Part shown: positions 1-8,790 of the stretch, one piece after another
Position numbering within the stretch: the first letter of the stretch is position 1
Layout of the letters: each line of letters opens with the position of its first letter
NCBI GenBank assembly: GCA_963705105.1
Contig: CAVPIW010000007.1
Coordinates: forward strand, 128,001-192,000
DNA length: 64,000 nucleotides
Direction: 5' to 3'
Origin: an uncultured Nitrospiraceae bacterium
GTDB taxonomy: Bacteria > Nitrospirota > Thermodesulfovibrionia > Thermodesulfovibrionales > Dissulfurispiraceae
The notes under the pieces: model-generated
What the model saw: only the letters and a program-made list of their open reading frames with translations
Told to the model about the DNA's origin: nothing
The model's database searches: none
Program-made: the position numbers and the translations under genes

Positions 1-903
1 CCCGGCCCGAATATCCGCGGCGAGGTCGCGGTTCGTGGCGGCGATGATCCGCACATCGACCTTGATCCTGTGCTTGCCGCCGACGCGAAGTATCTCCCTT
101 TCCTGCAGAAATCGGAGGAACTTCTTCTGCACCCTCGGGGAAAGCTCCCCCACCTCGTCGAGGAAAACCGTGCCGCCGTCGGCGAGCTCCACCTGTCCCA
201 TCTTCCGGTCATAGGCGCCGGTGAAGGCCCCCCGTTCGTGGCCGAAAAGTTCACTCTCCATGAGGTCCTCCGGCAGGGCCGCGCAGTCGATGGGGATGAA
301 GGGGCGCTCGGCACGGGCAGACTCGAAATGAACGGCCCGCGCCACGAGCTCCTTTCCCGTGCCGCTCTCGCCTGTGATCAGGACATTGGAATTCGACCGC
401 GCCACCATCTCAATGAGTTGAAAAACATCCTGCATCGCGGCGCTCTTGCCGGTGATGTTCTTGAAGCTGTTCCTTTCCTTTAACTGGGTTTTCAGATAGA
501 GGTTTTCTCTGATGAGGCGGTGCTTCTCAACGGCCTCCCGGGTAACGTTCAGGAGCTCATCGGGGTTGACGGGCTTCGACAGGTACGAGAAGGCCCCCCT
601 CCTCATGGCATCGACGGCCTTTTCGATCGTGCCGTAGGCGGTGAGCATGACGACAGGCATCCTGATGTCCCTGGCCCGGAGGGCATCGAGGAATTCGACG
701 CCGTTCATGCCGGGCAGCTTATAGTCGGCGATGATCGTGTCGAACTCCGCTTTTGAAACTTTGTCCAACCCCTCCTCGGCCGATTTACACGCCTGCACGT
801 CATAGCCGTTTTCGCGAAGGATGGCGGACAGCACCCTGAGGATGTTTGCCTCGTCGTCGATGAGGAGTATGCTTCCCCTATTCTGCCTGGCAGGACTCTC
901 CAT
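1..903 (-). CDS. Sigma54-dependent response regulator (NtrC/AtoC family), 3' end runs off the window
   Basis: Manual translation from ATG at 903: [18 protein letters not shown]...[10 protein letters not shown] (REC), GESGTGKE (Walker A), [32 protein letters not shown]. Absent from the ORF track because there is no stop in the window. Confidence 0.93.
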   Translation of the reverse strand, partial: MESPARQNRGSILLIDDEANILRVLSAILRENGYDVQACKSAEEGLDKVSKAEFDTIIADYKLPGMNGVEFLDALRARDIRMPVVMLTAYGTIEKAVDAMRRGAFSYLSKPVNPDELLNVTREAVEKHRLIRENLYLKTQLKERNSFKNITGKSAAMQDVFQLIEMVARSNSNVLITGESGTGKELVARAVHFESARAERPFIPIDCAALPEDLMESELFGHERGAFTGAYDRKMGQVELADGGTVFLDEVGELSPRVQKKFLRFLQEREILRVGGKHRIKVDVRIIAATNRDLAADIRAG

Positions 904-1142
904 ATTCAGCTTGAATCATTATAGCACGGGCATTCCGACAGTCGGCAGTCGGAAGAACAAAAACACAGATAAAGTCAGTCGCGCGCAAAACCGCAAATCG
1001 CGCGAAGAATGACAGAAAATCGAAGCATGATTGTGATAAGTGATGTTAAGTGGGTGTTAATTCTGCCAACCCTGATGGTGGCTATGTAACACCGAATTGG
1101 TAGTCGCAGGCTTTTGCCTCTTTTTAATTGAAAATTGACGAT

Positions 1143-1290
1143 CTCGTAAAAAGTCGTCATACCCGCGAAGCTTGTCCCCGCGGATAGTAAGCGGGGAGCG
1201 GGTATCCAGAGTATAAATAACTACCTGAAAGGACTGGATTCCCGTCTGCACGGGAATGACGGACAAGCCCTTTACGGGACTTTTTACGAG
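1143..1290. repeat. MITE-like element with 13-bp terminal inverted repeats and internal REP-like hairpins
   Basis: CTCGTAAAAAGTC (1143-1155) is the exact reverse complement of GACTTTTTACGAG (1278-1290); internal GTCATACCCG...CGGGTATC and ATTCCCG...CGGGAATGAC palindromes. Confidence 0.75.
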
Positions 1291-1577
1291 GCTGTAAATT
1301 AAGAATACACATAAACGTTAGCTTTATGTGCAAGGCTACAAAAAATAGGATGGAGACACCCCTGTTCAAAATAGTTTGCAGCGAGACCTTTCTTCTTTGC
1401 GTGCTTTGCGGCTTGGCGTGAGACTGCCGCTATTAAAGCGAGGCAAATGGAGCCAATTCATTTGAACGTTAAGCAGTGTTAACCACTTAACTTTAGCAGT
1501 GTCGCCTGTGATCAGGGTTTCCTCTTAATACCTTTTCAATTCAATATCATTTCTTCTCTAAACGATGGATCAGAGGC

Positions 1578-1593
1578 TGGCACAATTCTTTCT
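1578..1593 (+). promoter_or_regulatory. Sigma54-like -24/-12 promoter of cytochrome gene 1
   Basis: TGGCAC-AATTC-TTTCT: perfect -24 box and correct spacing, -12 reads TC instead of GC; same variant upstream of paralog 2. Confidence 0.55.
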
Positions 1594-1663
1594 ATAAAGA
1601 AACTCCGAACGAACTGATCGCACGATGATAGACATAGAAAGCAAGAAAAGGAGGTATCACAGC

Positions 1664-3766
1664 ATGAAGAGATTTTTTGCAATTCTCAGCATCATCTGCC
1701 TGGCGCTGGCTTTTGGGCAGGACGTGAGCTTCGCCGCAAAGCCCGTGTATTACACGGTAATCGTGGCGTCGTCCAGCCCGAACACCGGCGTCGCCATCAC
1801 CGTCAGCCCTAGCGACGCCGATAGGCAAAGCAACGGCACAACACAGTTCACACGCAGTTACAGGAGCGGCACATCGGTGACACTCACCGCGCCCGATACT
1901 GCAAGTGGCAACAGGTTTCAGAAGTGGACCCGGAACGGCACAGATGTAACCCCATCCAACCCCACGGTCACTTTTACGATCAGCACCAACACCGCGATGA
2001 CCGCCGTCTACACGACGACCACCGCGCCTCCCCCTGACACGACGGCGCCTGCCACCTCCGCAAGCCCTGCGGGAGGCACCTACACCAGCGCACAGACGGT
2101 CACCCTGACAAGGAATGAGGCGGGCACGACCTTCTACTGCACAGGCAGCTCCACCTGCACCCCCTCGACCACCTACTCCGCGCCTGTCACCATCAGCGGA
2201 TCCACCACTCTGAGATTCTACTCCAGGGACACCGCCAGCAACACGGAGACCACCAAGACAGCGACCTACACCATAAATGCGGCTCCTCCGGCCACCGATC
2301 ACTCGGGCCTGACCTGGACGGGAAGCTACACAATCTGCCAGCAGTGCCACAGCACTGAAGTGAACGATGTCCTGAACAGCGTTCACTACCAGTGGAAAGG
2401 CAGTGCCGCCGAGATGACCAGTGGCACGACGTCCCAGGGCAAGATCGTCCAGCGCGACGCCAGTGGCAAAATCATCACCGGCGCGAGCGCGATGAACGCA
2501 TACTGCGTCAACGTCCTCGGCAACTGGGCCGGCTGCGGCTCCTGCCACGTCGGTCTCGGCGCAGAGCCGACGGCGACCAACAAAGACAACATCGACTGTC
2601 TCCTCTGCCACCAGAAGGACTACAAGAGGGTAAAGGTAAACGGCGTTTTTCAGCCTGACACGGCGAACATGACCATAACCATGGACCAGGCCCTCCGGAC
2701 TCTTCACAGGCCTGTCAGGGCAAACTGCCTGCAGTGCCATGCCAAGGCCGGCGGCGGAGACGCCGTCAAGCGCGGCGATATGGCCCTTGCCAATGCAACC
2801 ACCACGGACAGGAACTACGATGTGCACATGGCATCCACGGCGAACGGGAACATCGTTTGCCAGCAGTGCCACACCTATACCAATCACAAGGTGGCCGGAA
2901 GAGGCAGCGACATCAGGCCGATCGATTCGACCGTTGCGGTGAGCTGCTCGACCTCAACCTGCCACTCCGGCAAGAGCGGCACGTCCGGTCATTCCACGTC
3001 GGCCGTCAACAGGCACGTGAACCGCGTGGCTTGCCAGACCTGCCACATCCCGACCTATGCGAAAAACGCAGCCGATACCGCCGCCACCGAGGCGACGGAG
3101 ACGCACCGCGACTGGACCGTTCCTGAGTACAATGCCACCGCGAAGAGGTGGGAGCCGACACCGACGAAGGCGAACAACCTGAGGCCCGTGTATGCCCATT
3201 GGAACGGCACGAGCTGGGGCTCCAACCTCAATGATGCTCCGACAGCCGTTAGCGGCGTTTATCTGCTTTCCGAGCCTGAAGGAGGCGTGAACGTCGCCAA
3301 CAGCAAGCTCTATCCGTTCAAATACAAAACGGCAAAACAACCTTATGCGGCGTCGCTGAATGTCCTCATTGCCATCGACACGGCGAAGTACTGGGCATTT
3401 GCCGTCCCTCCGTATGTGCCGACGGCAACCGATGTCGACGCGACAGTGCGTCAGGGCCTGACGAACATGGGCTACGCATCGACCACGGCATACACGTGGG
3501 TCACCACCGCCGAGTATCAGCTCCTGAGCCACCAGGTTTCACCCAGTGCCAATGTGCTGCAGTGCACGAGCTGTCACGTGTCGGGCACGGCGGCGCAGAT
3601 GAACCTCCAGAGCCTCGGCTACGGCCTGAAGAAGCCGACGTCGGATCTCTGCAACGACTGCCACAGTCTAAGGTCTTACTCCAGCAGTTATAGCAACTTC
3701 ACGTCCGTCCACAGCAGGCACACGTCACGGACGAACTGCTCGAGCTGTCACAATTTCTCGAGGTAG
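1664..3766 (+). CDS. Secreted multiheme cytochrome c, OTR family core with N-terminal beta-sandwich domains (copy 1)
   Basis: AGGAGG RBS before ATG 1664; signal peptide MKRFFAIL...SFA; 9 CxxCH plus one CX4CH (CSTSTCH); OTR-like motifs SVHYQW, NAYC, IDCLLCH, CHAKAGGGDAVKRGD, DVHM; ASPAGGTYTSAQTVTL chitobiase/Fn3-associated-like domain. Confidence 0.85.
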   Translation: MKRFFAILSIICLALAFGQDVSFAAKPVYYTVIVASSSPNTGVAITVSPSDADRQSNGTTQFTRSYRSGTSVTLTAPDTASGNRFQKWTRNGTDVTPSNPTVTFTISTNTAMTAVYTTTTAPPPDTTAPATSASPAGGTYTSAQTVTLTRNEAGTTFYCTGSSTCTPSTTYSAPVTISGSTTLRFYSRDTASNTETTKTATYTINAAPPATDHSGLTWTGSYTICQQCHSTEVNDVLNSVHYQWKGSAAEMTSGTTSQGKIVQRDASGKIITGASAMNAYCVNVLGNWAGCGSCHVGLGAEPTATNKDNIDCLLCHQKDYKRVKVNGVFQPDTANMTITMDQALRTLHRPVRANCLQCHAKAGGGDAVKRGDMALANATTTDRNYDVHMASTANGNIVCQQCHTYTNHKVAGRGSDIRPIDSTVAVSCSTSTCHSGKSGTSGHSTSAVNRHVNRVACQTCHIPTYAKNAADTAATEATETHRDWTVPEYNATAKRWEPTPTKANNLRPVYAHWNGTSWGSNLNDAPTAVSGVYLLSEPEGGVNVANSKLYPFKYKTAKQPYAASLNVLIAIDTAKYWAFAVPPYVPTATDVDATVRQGLTNMGYASTTAYTWVTTAEYQLLSHQVSPSANVLQCTSCHVSGTAAQMNLQSLGYGLKKPTSDLCNDCHSLRSYSSSYSNFTSVHSRHTSRTNCSSCHNFSR

Positions 3767-3797
3767 AGATTTAAATCTCGACACATTATCGGACTTA

Positions 3798-3838
3798 GAG
3801 AGGGGATTGGCCGACCGGCCAATCCCCCTCTCTTTTTT
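3798..3838 (+). terminator. Intrinsic terminator after cytochrome 1
   Basis: GGGGATTGGCC-GACC-GGCCAATCCCC hairpin followed by a T-run. Confidence 0.85.
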
Positions 3839-4256
3839 ACGCAATCATGAGAGGCTCTTGAAAAGCACTTCATTATAATCGCTTTTGTGGCAGCAGGCTG
3901 CAGCCTGCTGCTTTTCACGCACTGAATGCATAAAATCGCGTACATGTATCTCCTGCATTTCGGCTTCTTCCTATTAATATCAATATATTCACCATGTTAA
4001 CGATGGTCGGGGCGACAGGCACGAATATTCTTATGATGAAGCTTTGCAAGACGCCCATCGCACGATGACTGACAGGGAGAAGCCTAAAAAGGATGTCATG
4101 CGAAAGAGCACCCGTCCCAATTGGATGGTTTATTATCCATTTTAACGTTAATTTTGTTAACTGTTTAACATCACTAAATGCCCTTTTCGAAAACCACCTT
4201 GCAGCATTTCTCATTAATTCAATGATATTTAATACAGAAAGAGAGTCAGGTGACGT

Positions 4257-4272
4257 TGGCACAATTATTTCA
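4257..4272 (+). promoter_or_regulatory. Sigma54-like -24/-12 promoter of cytochrome gene 2
   Basis: TGGCAC-AATTA-TTTCA, same layout as 1578-1593. Confidence 0.55.
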
Positions 4273-4343
4273 TATACATTATTAATAAACGTCGCGCATC
4301 GCACAATGATTGACATAGAAAAACCACTAAGAGGAGGTAATGC

Positions 4344-6419
4344 ATGAAGAGAATTTTGGCAGTTGTCAGCATCATCTGTATGGTGCTGGCCTTCGGACCG
4401 GGCACAAGCTTCGCCGAGGACTACACGCTGACCGTGGCATCCTCGAACCCGAGCAGCGGCGTCTCCATCACCGTAACCCCAAACGACAGAAACGGCAGGG
4501 GGAGCGGCACGACCCAATTCACCCGCACCTACCGGGAAAACACGTCGGTGACACTCACCGCGCCAGCCACTGTTAGCGGGAGGACTTTTCAGAAGTGGAC
4601 CAGGAACGGCTCCGACTATTCGACGAGCCTGGCCACCAGGGTCACAATGAGCAGGGACCGCACGATGACAGCCGTGTACACGACGACGACCAGTGACACC
4701 ACACCACCTGTGACGACTGCAAGCCCGGCGGGAGGCACCTACACCAGTGCACAGACGGTCACCCTGACAAGGAACGAGGCGGGCACGACCTTCTACTGCA
4801 CAGGCAGCTCCACCTGCACCCCCTCGACCACCTACTCCGCGCCTGTCACCATCAGCGGATCCACCACTCTGAGATTCTACTCCAGGGACAGCGCGGGCAA
4901 CACGGAGACCACCAAGTCAGCGACCTACACGATCAACATCCCTCAGGCCACCGATCACTCGGGCCTCACCTGGACGGGAAGCTACACAATCTGCCAGCAG
5001 TGCCACAGCACTGAAGTGAACGATGTCCTGAACAGCGTTCACTACCAGTGGAAAGGCAGTGCCGCCGAGATGACCAGTGGCACGACGTCCCAGGGCAAGA
5101 TCGTCCAGCGCGACGCCAGTGGCAAAATCATCACCGGCGCGAGCGCGATGAACGCATACTGCGTCAACGTCCTCGGCAACTGGGCCGGCTGCGGCTCCTG
5201 CCACGTCGGTCTCGGCGCAGAGCCGACGGCGACCAACAAAGACAACATCGACTGTCTCCTCTGCCACCAGAAGGACTACAAGAGGGTTAAGGTCAATGGC
5301 GTATTCCAACCCGACCCGACGATGACCATCACCATGGACCAGGCCCTCCGGACTCTCCACAGGCCTGTCAGGGCAAACTGCCTGCAGTGCCATGCCAAGG
5401 CCGGCGGCGGAGACGCCGTCAAGCGCGGCGATATGGCCCTTGCCAATGCAACCACCACGGACAGGAACTACGATGTGCACATGGCATCCACGGCGAACGG
5501 GAACATCGTTTGCCAGCAGTGCCACACCTATACCAATCACAAGGTGGCCGGAAGAGGCAGCGACATCAGGCCGATCGATTCGACCGTTGCGGTGAGCTGC
5601 TCGACCTCAACCTGCCACTCCGGCAAGAGCGGCACGTCCGGTCATTCCACGTCGGCCGTCAACAGGCACGTGAACCGCGTGGCCTGCCAGACCTGCCACA
5701 TCCCGACCTATGCGAAAAACGCAGCCGATACCGCCGCCACCGAGGCGACGGAGACGCACCGCGACTGGACCGTTCCTGAGTACAATGCCACCGCGAAGAG
5801 GTGGGAGCCGACACCGACGAAGGCGAACAACCTGAGGCCCGTGTATGCCCATTGGAACGGCACGAGCTGGGGCTCCAACCTCAATGATGCTCCGACAGCC
5901 GTTAGCGGCGTTTATCTGCTTTCCGAGCCTGAAGGAGGCGTGAACGTCGCCAACAGCAAGCTCTATCCGTTCAAATACAAAACGGCAAAACAACCTTATG
6001 CGGCGTCGCTGAATGTCCTCATTGCCATCGACACGGCGAAGTACTGGGCATTTGCCATCCCTCCGTATGTGCCGACGGCAACCGATGTCGACGCGACAGT
6101 GCGTCAGGGCCTGACGAACATGGGCTACGCATCGACCACGGCATACACGTGGGTCACCACCGCCGAGTATCAGCTCCTGAGCCACCAGGTTTCACCCAGT
6201 GCCAATGTGCTGCAGTGCACGAGCTGTCACGTGTCGGGCACGGCAACGCAGATGAACCTTCAGAGTCTCGGCTACGGCCTGAAGAAGCCGACGTCCGATC
6301 TCTGCAACGACTGCCACAGCCTGGAGTCCTATACGAGCAGTTACAACAACTTCACGTCCGTCCACAGCAGGCACACATCACGGACGAACTGCTCAAGCTG
6401 TCACAATTTCTCGAGGTAG
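4344..6419 (+). CDS. Secreted multiheme cytochrome c, OTR family (copy 2)
   Basis: GGAGGT RBS, signal peptide, the same 9 CxxCH + CX4CH set; C-terminal ~560 aa almost identical to copy 1. Confidence 0.85.
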   Translation: MKRILAVVSIICMVLAFGPGTSFAEDYTLTVASSNPSSGVSITVTPNDRNGRGSGTTQFTRTYRENTSVTLTAPATVSGRTFQKWTRNGSDYSTSLATRVTMSRDRTMTAVYTTTTSDTTPPVTTASPAGGTYTSAQTVTLTRNEAGTTFYCTGSSTCTPSTTYSAPVTISGSTTLRFYSRDSAGNTETTKSATYTINIPQATDHSGLTWTGSYTICQQCHSTEVNDVLNSVHYQWKGSAAEMTSGTTSQGKIVQRDASGKIITGASAMNAYCVNVLGNWAGCGSCHVGLGAEPTATNKDNIDCLLCHQKDYKRVKVNGVFQPDPTMTITMDQALRTLHRPVRANCLQCHAKAGGGDAVKRGDMALANATTTDRNYDVHMASTANGNIVCQQCHTYTNHKVAGRGSDIRPIDSTVAVSCSTSTCHSGKSGTSGHSTSAVNRHVNRVACQTCHIPTYAKNAADTAATEATETHRDWTVPEYNATAKRWEPTPTKANNLRPVYAHWNGTSWGSNLNDAPTAVSGVYLLSEPEGGVNVANSKLYPFKYKTAKQPYAASLNVLIAIDTAKYWAFAIPPYVPTATDVDATVRQGLTNMGYASTTAYTWVTTAEYQLLSHQVSPSANVLQCTSCHVSGTATQMNLQSLGYGLKKPTSDLCNDCHSLESYTSSYNNFTSVHSRHTSRTNCSSCHNFSR

Positions 6420-6453
6420 TAGAGATAGACCTCGAACTGTAATCACACTTTAA

Positions 6454-6497
6454 AAGAAGAGGGGGGTTGGCTGCAAGGCCAACCCCCCTCTTCTTTC
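6454..6497 (+). terminator. Intrinsic terminator after cytochrome 2
   Basis: GAGGGGGGTTGGC-TGCAAG-GCCAACCCCCCTC hairpin followed by a T-rich tract. Confidence 0.8.
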
Positions 6498-6658
6498 TGC
6501 AACATAACAGCATGCTGTCATTCCGGCTCGTCGGGAATCTTTCCCCTATCGTTGCATACGCCCGACCGAAAGGTGGGGCGAAGAGGCCACTGCATGAGTC
6601 ATTAAATCATTTCCAGCAGTCGACAGTCGCAACCAGACCACGAACACCGAGGCGGGGA

Positions 6659-7043
6659 GGCTGATGTGGCGAAAAGCCTTTCCGCTAAGATACCTTGTTC
6701 ATCCCCGGACCACCCTTTGCCGTGTCCGTCGACGTCAAATGCCCGTCAGGCAGCAGGCGCTGAACACCCTGAGATGGACACGTTGCCTCATACGCCGGAC
6801 CGAAAGGCGGGGTGAAGCACCGAAAAGCATCGGTGCTGCGAAACCGCTGCCGTCCCGTTGAGAGCATGGAAGCACAACTGTTGATAATACAAAGGATGAA
6901 ATCTTTACAACCAATAATAACCAATCATGCTCGCTATCAGCGAGGCTTTGAGGCGCTTTGCCCTGCCTTTCGGTGCACCTGCCGAAATGGTCCTCATCAT
7001 CGCATTGGAAAGGATTTGAACCATATCTGCCTTCCCGGAGGCA
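6659..7043 (+). repeat. ~385-bp composite MITE-like repeat, inverted copy at 31677-32062
   Basis: Near-identical reverse complement of 31677-32062; contains a GAAAGGCGGGG...CCCTGCCTTTC-bounded module. Confidence 0.9.
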
Positions 7044-7056
7044 GCGGCAGCGGTAG

Positions 7057-7135
7057 TGACACCGACACTGACACTCACACTGTCACTGTTTTTCAGAGCG
7101 CTTCGCCCCGCCTTTTCATGCAGCGACAAGGTATA
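7057..7135. repeat. ACACTG hexamer run plus MITE end; related copy at ~45788-45855
   Basis: GACACTGACACTCACACTGTCACTGTTTTTCAGAGCGCTTCGCCCCGCCTTTTCATGCA compared with GACACTCACACTGACACTGACACTGTTTTTCGGAGCGTTTTGCACCGTCTTTTCGTGCA. Confidence 0.7.
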
Positions 7136-7138
7136 TAT

Positions 7139-8788
7139 TTATTGTCTGCCGACTGACAACTGCCTGCTGTCATCGATGGGCAAGGAAATCAGGAACTCCG
7201 TCCCCTTGCCGGCCCCGCTCGTTACCGTCACATCACCCCTGTGGTCACGGATGATCCGTTCCACGCAGGCAAGGCCGAGGCCGGAACCGCGGGTCTTCGT
7301 CGTGAAGAAGGGCTTGAAGATCTCCGATGTCACCTCCTCGCTGATCCCGGTGCCGGTGTCTTTCACCGAGATCTGTACCCGCGAATCGGCAAGCTCCGTC
7401 GCCACCCTGATCGTATCGCCCTCCTTTGTCGCGTCGAGGGCGTTGACGAGGATGTTCAGAAGGGCCTGTTTGAACTGGTTCGGGTCGAAGGAGAAGGGCG
7501 GAATGCGCTCGTCCAGGGCCGTCACCACCTCGACGTTGTTCTCCGTCGCCTCCTGCCTGATGAGCTCCACCGTCTCCCCTATGACGTCGTTCAGTTCGGC
7601 GACCCGGAGATTGAGAGGAGAGGGTTTCGAAAACCTGAGGTAGCTGGTGACGATCTCGTTCAGCCTCTTCGTCTCCTCTTCGATGATGGACAGGAATTCC
7701 CGGAGCACCTCTCCCTGGAAATTGTTCTGGAGGTATGAAACAGCGCCGCGAATGGCGTTCAGCGGGTTCTTGATCTCATGGGCGACGGTCATGGACATCT
7801 GGCCCAGGGCCGAGAGCTTTTCGAGGCGCGTCTTTTCCCTGTTCGTCTCTTCCAGGTCCTCCATACTCTTTTTCAGCCTTCCCGTCATCTCGTTGAATCC
7901 CTCAATGAGTTCACCGATTTCATCGCCGCAGGATTCACGGTAAACCGAGCACTCCCGGCACAGCGTGATCTTCTCCGCCGTTGCTCCTTGGGCAGCGCCG
8001 AAGCAGAGGGTGTCCGGCACCGTCCAGCACCTTTTCCTGCCATAGGCGGGACATTCGTCACGAACGCAGCCCAGCATTTCGCGGCAGTCGGCGAGGTATT
8101 CGTTGGGCACCTCGACATCGAGATTCCCCTGCTGCACCTGCTCCATCCCGTCTTTCAGGCGATTCATGGGCGTTGTGAGAACCCTCGCGAGCCACAGGGA
8201 CCCCCAGATACCTCCTGCCATGACGAGGGCCGACACGAGAAGGATGTGATTCCTCAGGCCCTTCATCGTGTCCTCGATGACCGCGTCGATGCCCTGCGTC
8301 GAGAAGCCCGCCACAGCCATGCCCATCACCTCATAGCCCACTTTGACGGGGACCCTGATCTCCTTGACGGTATCATCCGGGTTATCAGCGGTGACGTCCT
8401 TTCCCTTCCTGACGATCACAAGAGGTTGCGTGACCGGTCCTCCCGCATCCCGTCCGCCGAGGAGCTTCCGGTTCGTGTGGGCAAGTATCCTCCCCTCCTG
8501 ATCGACGAGAGCGGCATAGAGGCACCCCGGCGTCTGGTCCGTGATCCTGACCAGCTCGTCGAGCCTCAGCGGGTCCGTTGAAATGAGAGGTTCAAGGGCG
8601 TCCTTCGCGAGGTTGTTTACGATGAGGAGATGGTTCCCCTCCATCTCCGACCTCAGGGACATTTTCTGGTGATTGATGATGAGGGTATTGACCGTCACCA
8701 TCATGACGAATATAAGGAAAATGAAGGCGAGGGAGAATTTCTGGACGAGGCTCAGGCCCCTGAAGAAACGTCTGATCCGAGCCGTCAT
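7139..8788 (-). CDS. Membrane sensor histidine kinase with Cys-rich insert in the HAMP linker
   Basis: Two TM segments, H-box AHEIKNPL, N-box NILVNA, DTGTGI, FFTTK, GSGLGL; insert CREMLGC..CPA..CW..TLC..CREC. Confidence 0.92.
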   Translation of the reverse strand: MTARIRRFFRGLSLVQKFSLAFIFLIFVMMVTVNTLIINHQKMSLRSEMEGNHLLIVNNLAKDALEPLISTDPLRLDELVRITDQTPGCLYAALVDQEGRILAHTNRKLLGGRDAGGPVTQPLVIVRKGKDVTADNPDDTVKEIRVPVKVGYEVMGMAVAGFSTQGIDAVIEDTMKGLRNHILLVSALVMAGGIWGSLWLARVLTTPMNRLKDGMEQVQQGNLDVEVPNEYLADCREMLGCVRDECPAYGRKRCWTVPDTLCFGAAQGATAEKITLCRECSVYRESCGDEIGELIEGFNEMTGRLKKSMEDLEETNREKTRLEKLSALGQMSMTVAHEIKNPLNAIRGAVSYLQNNFQGEVLREFLSIIEEETKRLNEIVTSYLRFSKPSPLNLRVAELNDVIGETVELIRQEATENNVEVVTALDERIPPFSFDPNQFKQALLNILVNALDATKEGDTIRVATELADSRVQISVKDTGTGISEEVTSEIFKPFFTTKTRGSGLGLACVERIIRDHRGDVTVTSGAGKGTEFLISLPIDDSRQLSVGRQ

Positions 8789-8790
8789 CG

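Noticed and set aside
70..1012. Plus-strand ORFs 70-483, 520-756 and 821-1012
   Set aside because: Antisense shadows of the minus-strand sigma54 regulator.
6812..7156. Similar ORFs at 6812-7156 and 31540-31908 suggesting a duplicated small gene
   Set aside because: They lie in the palindromic repeat, diverge in frame at the ends and have no RBS or protein-like motif.
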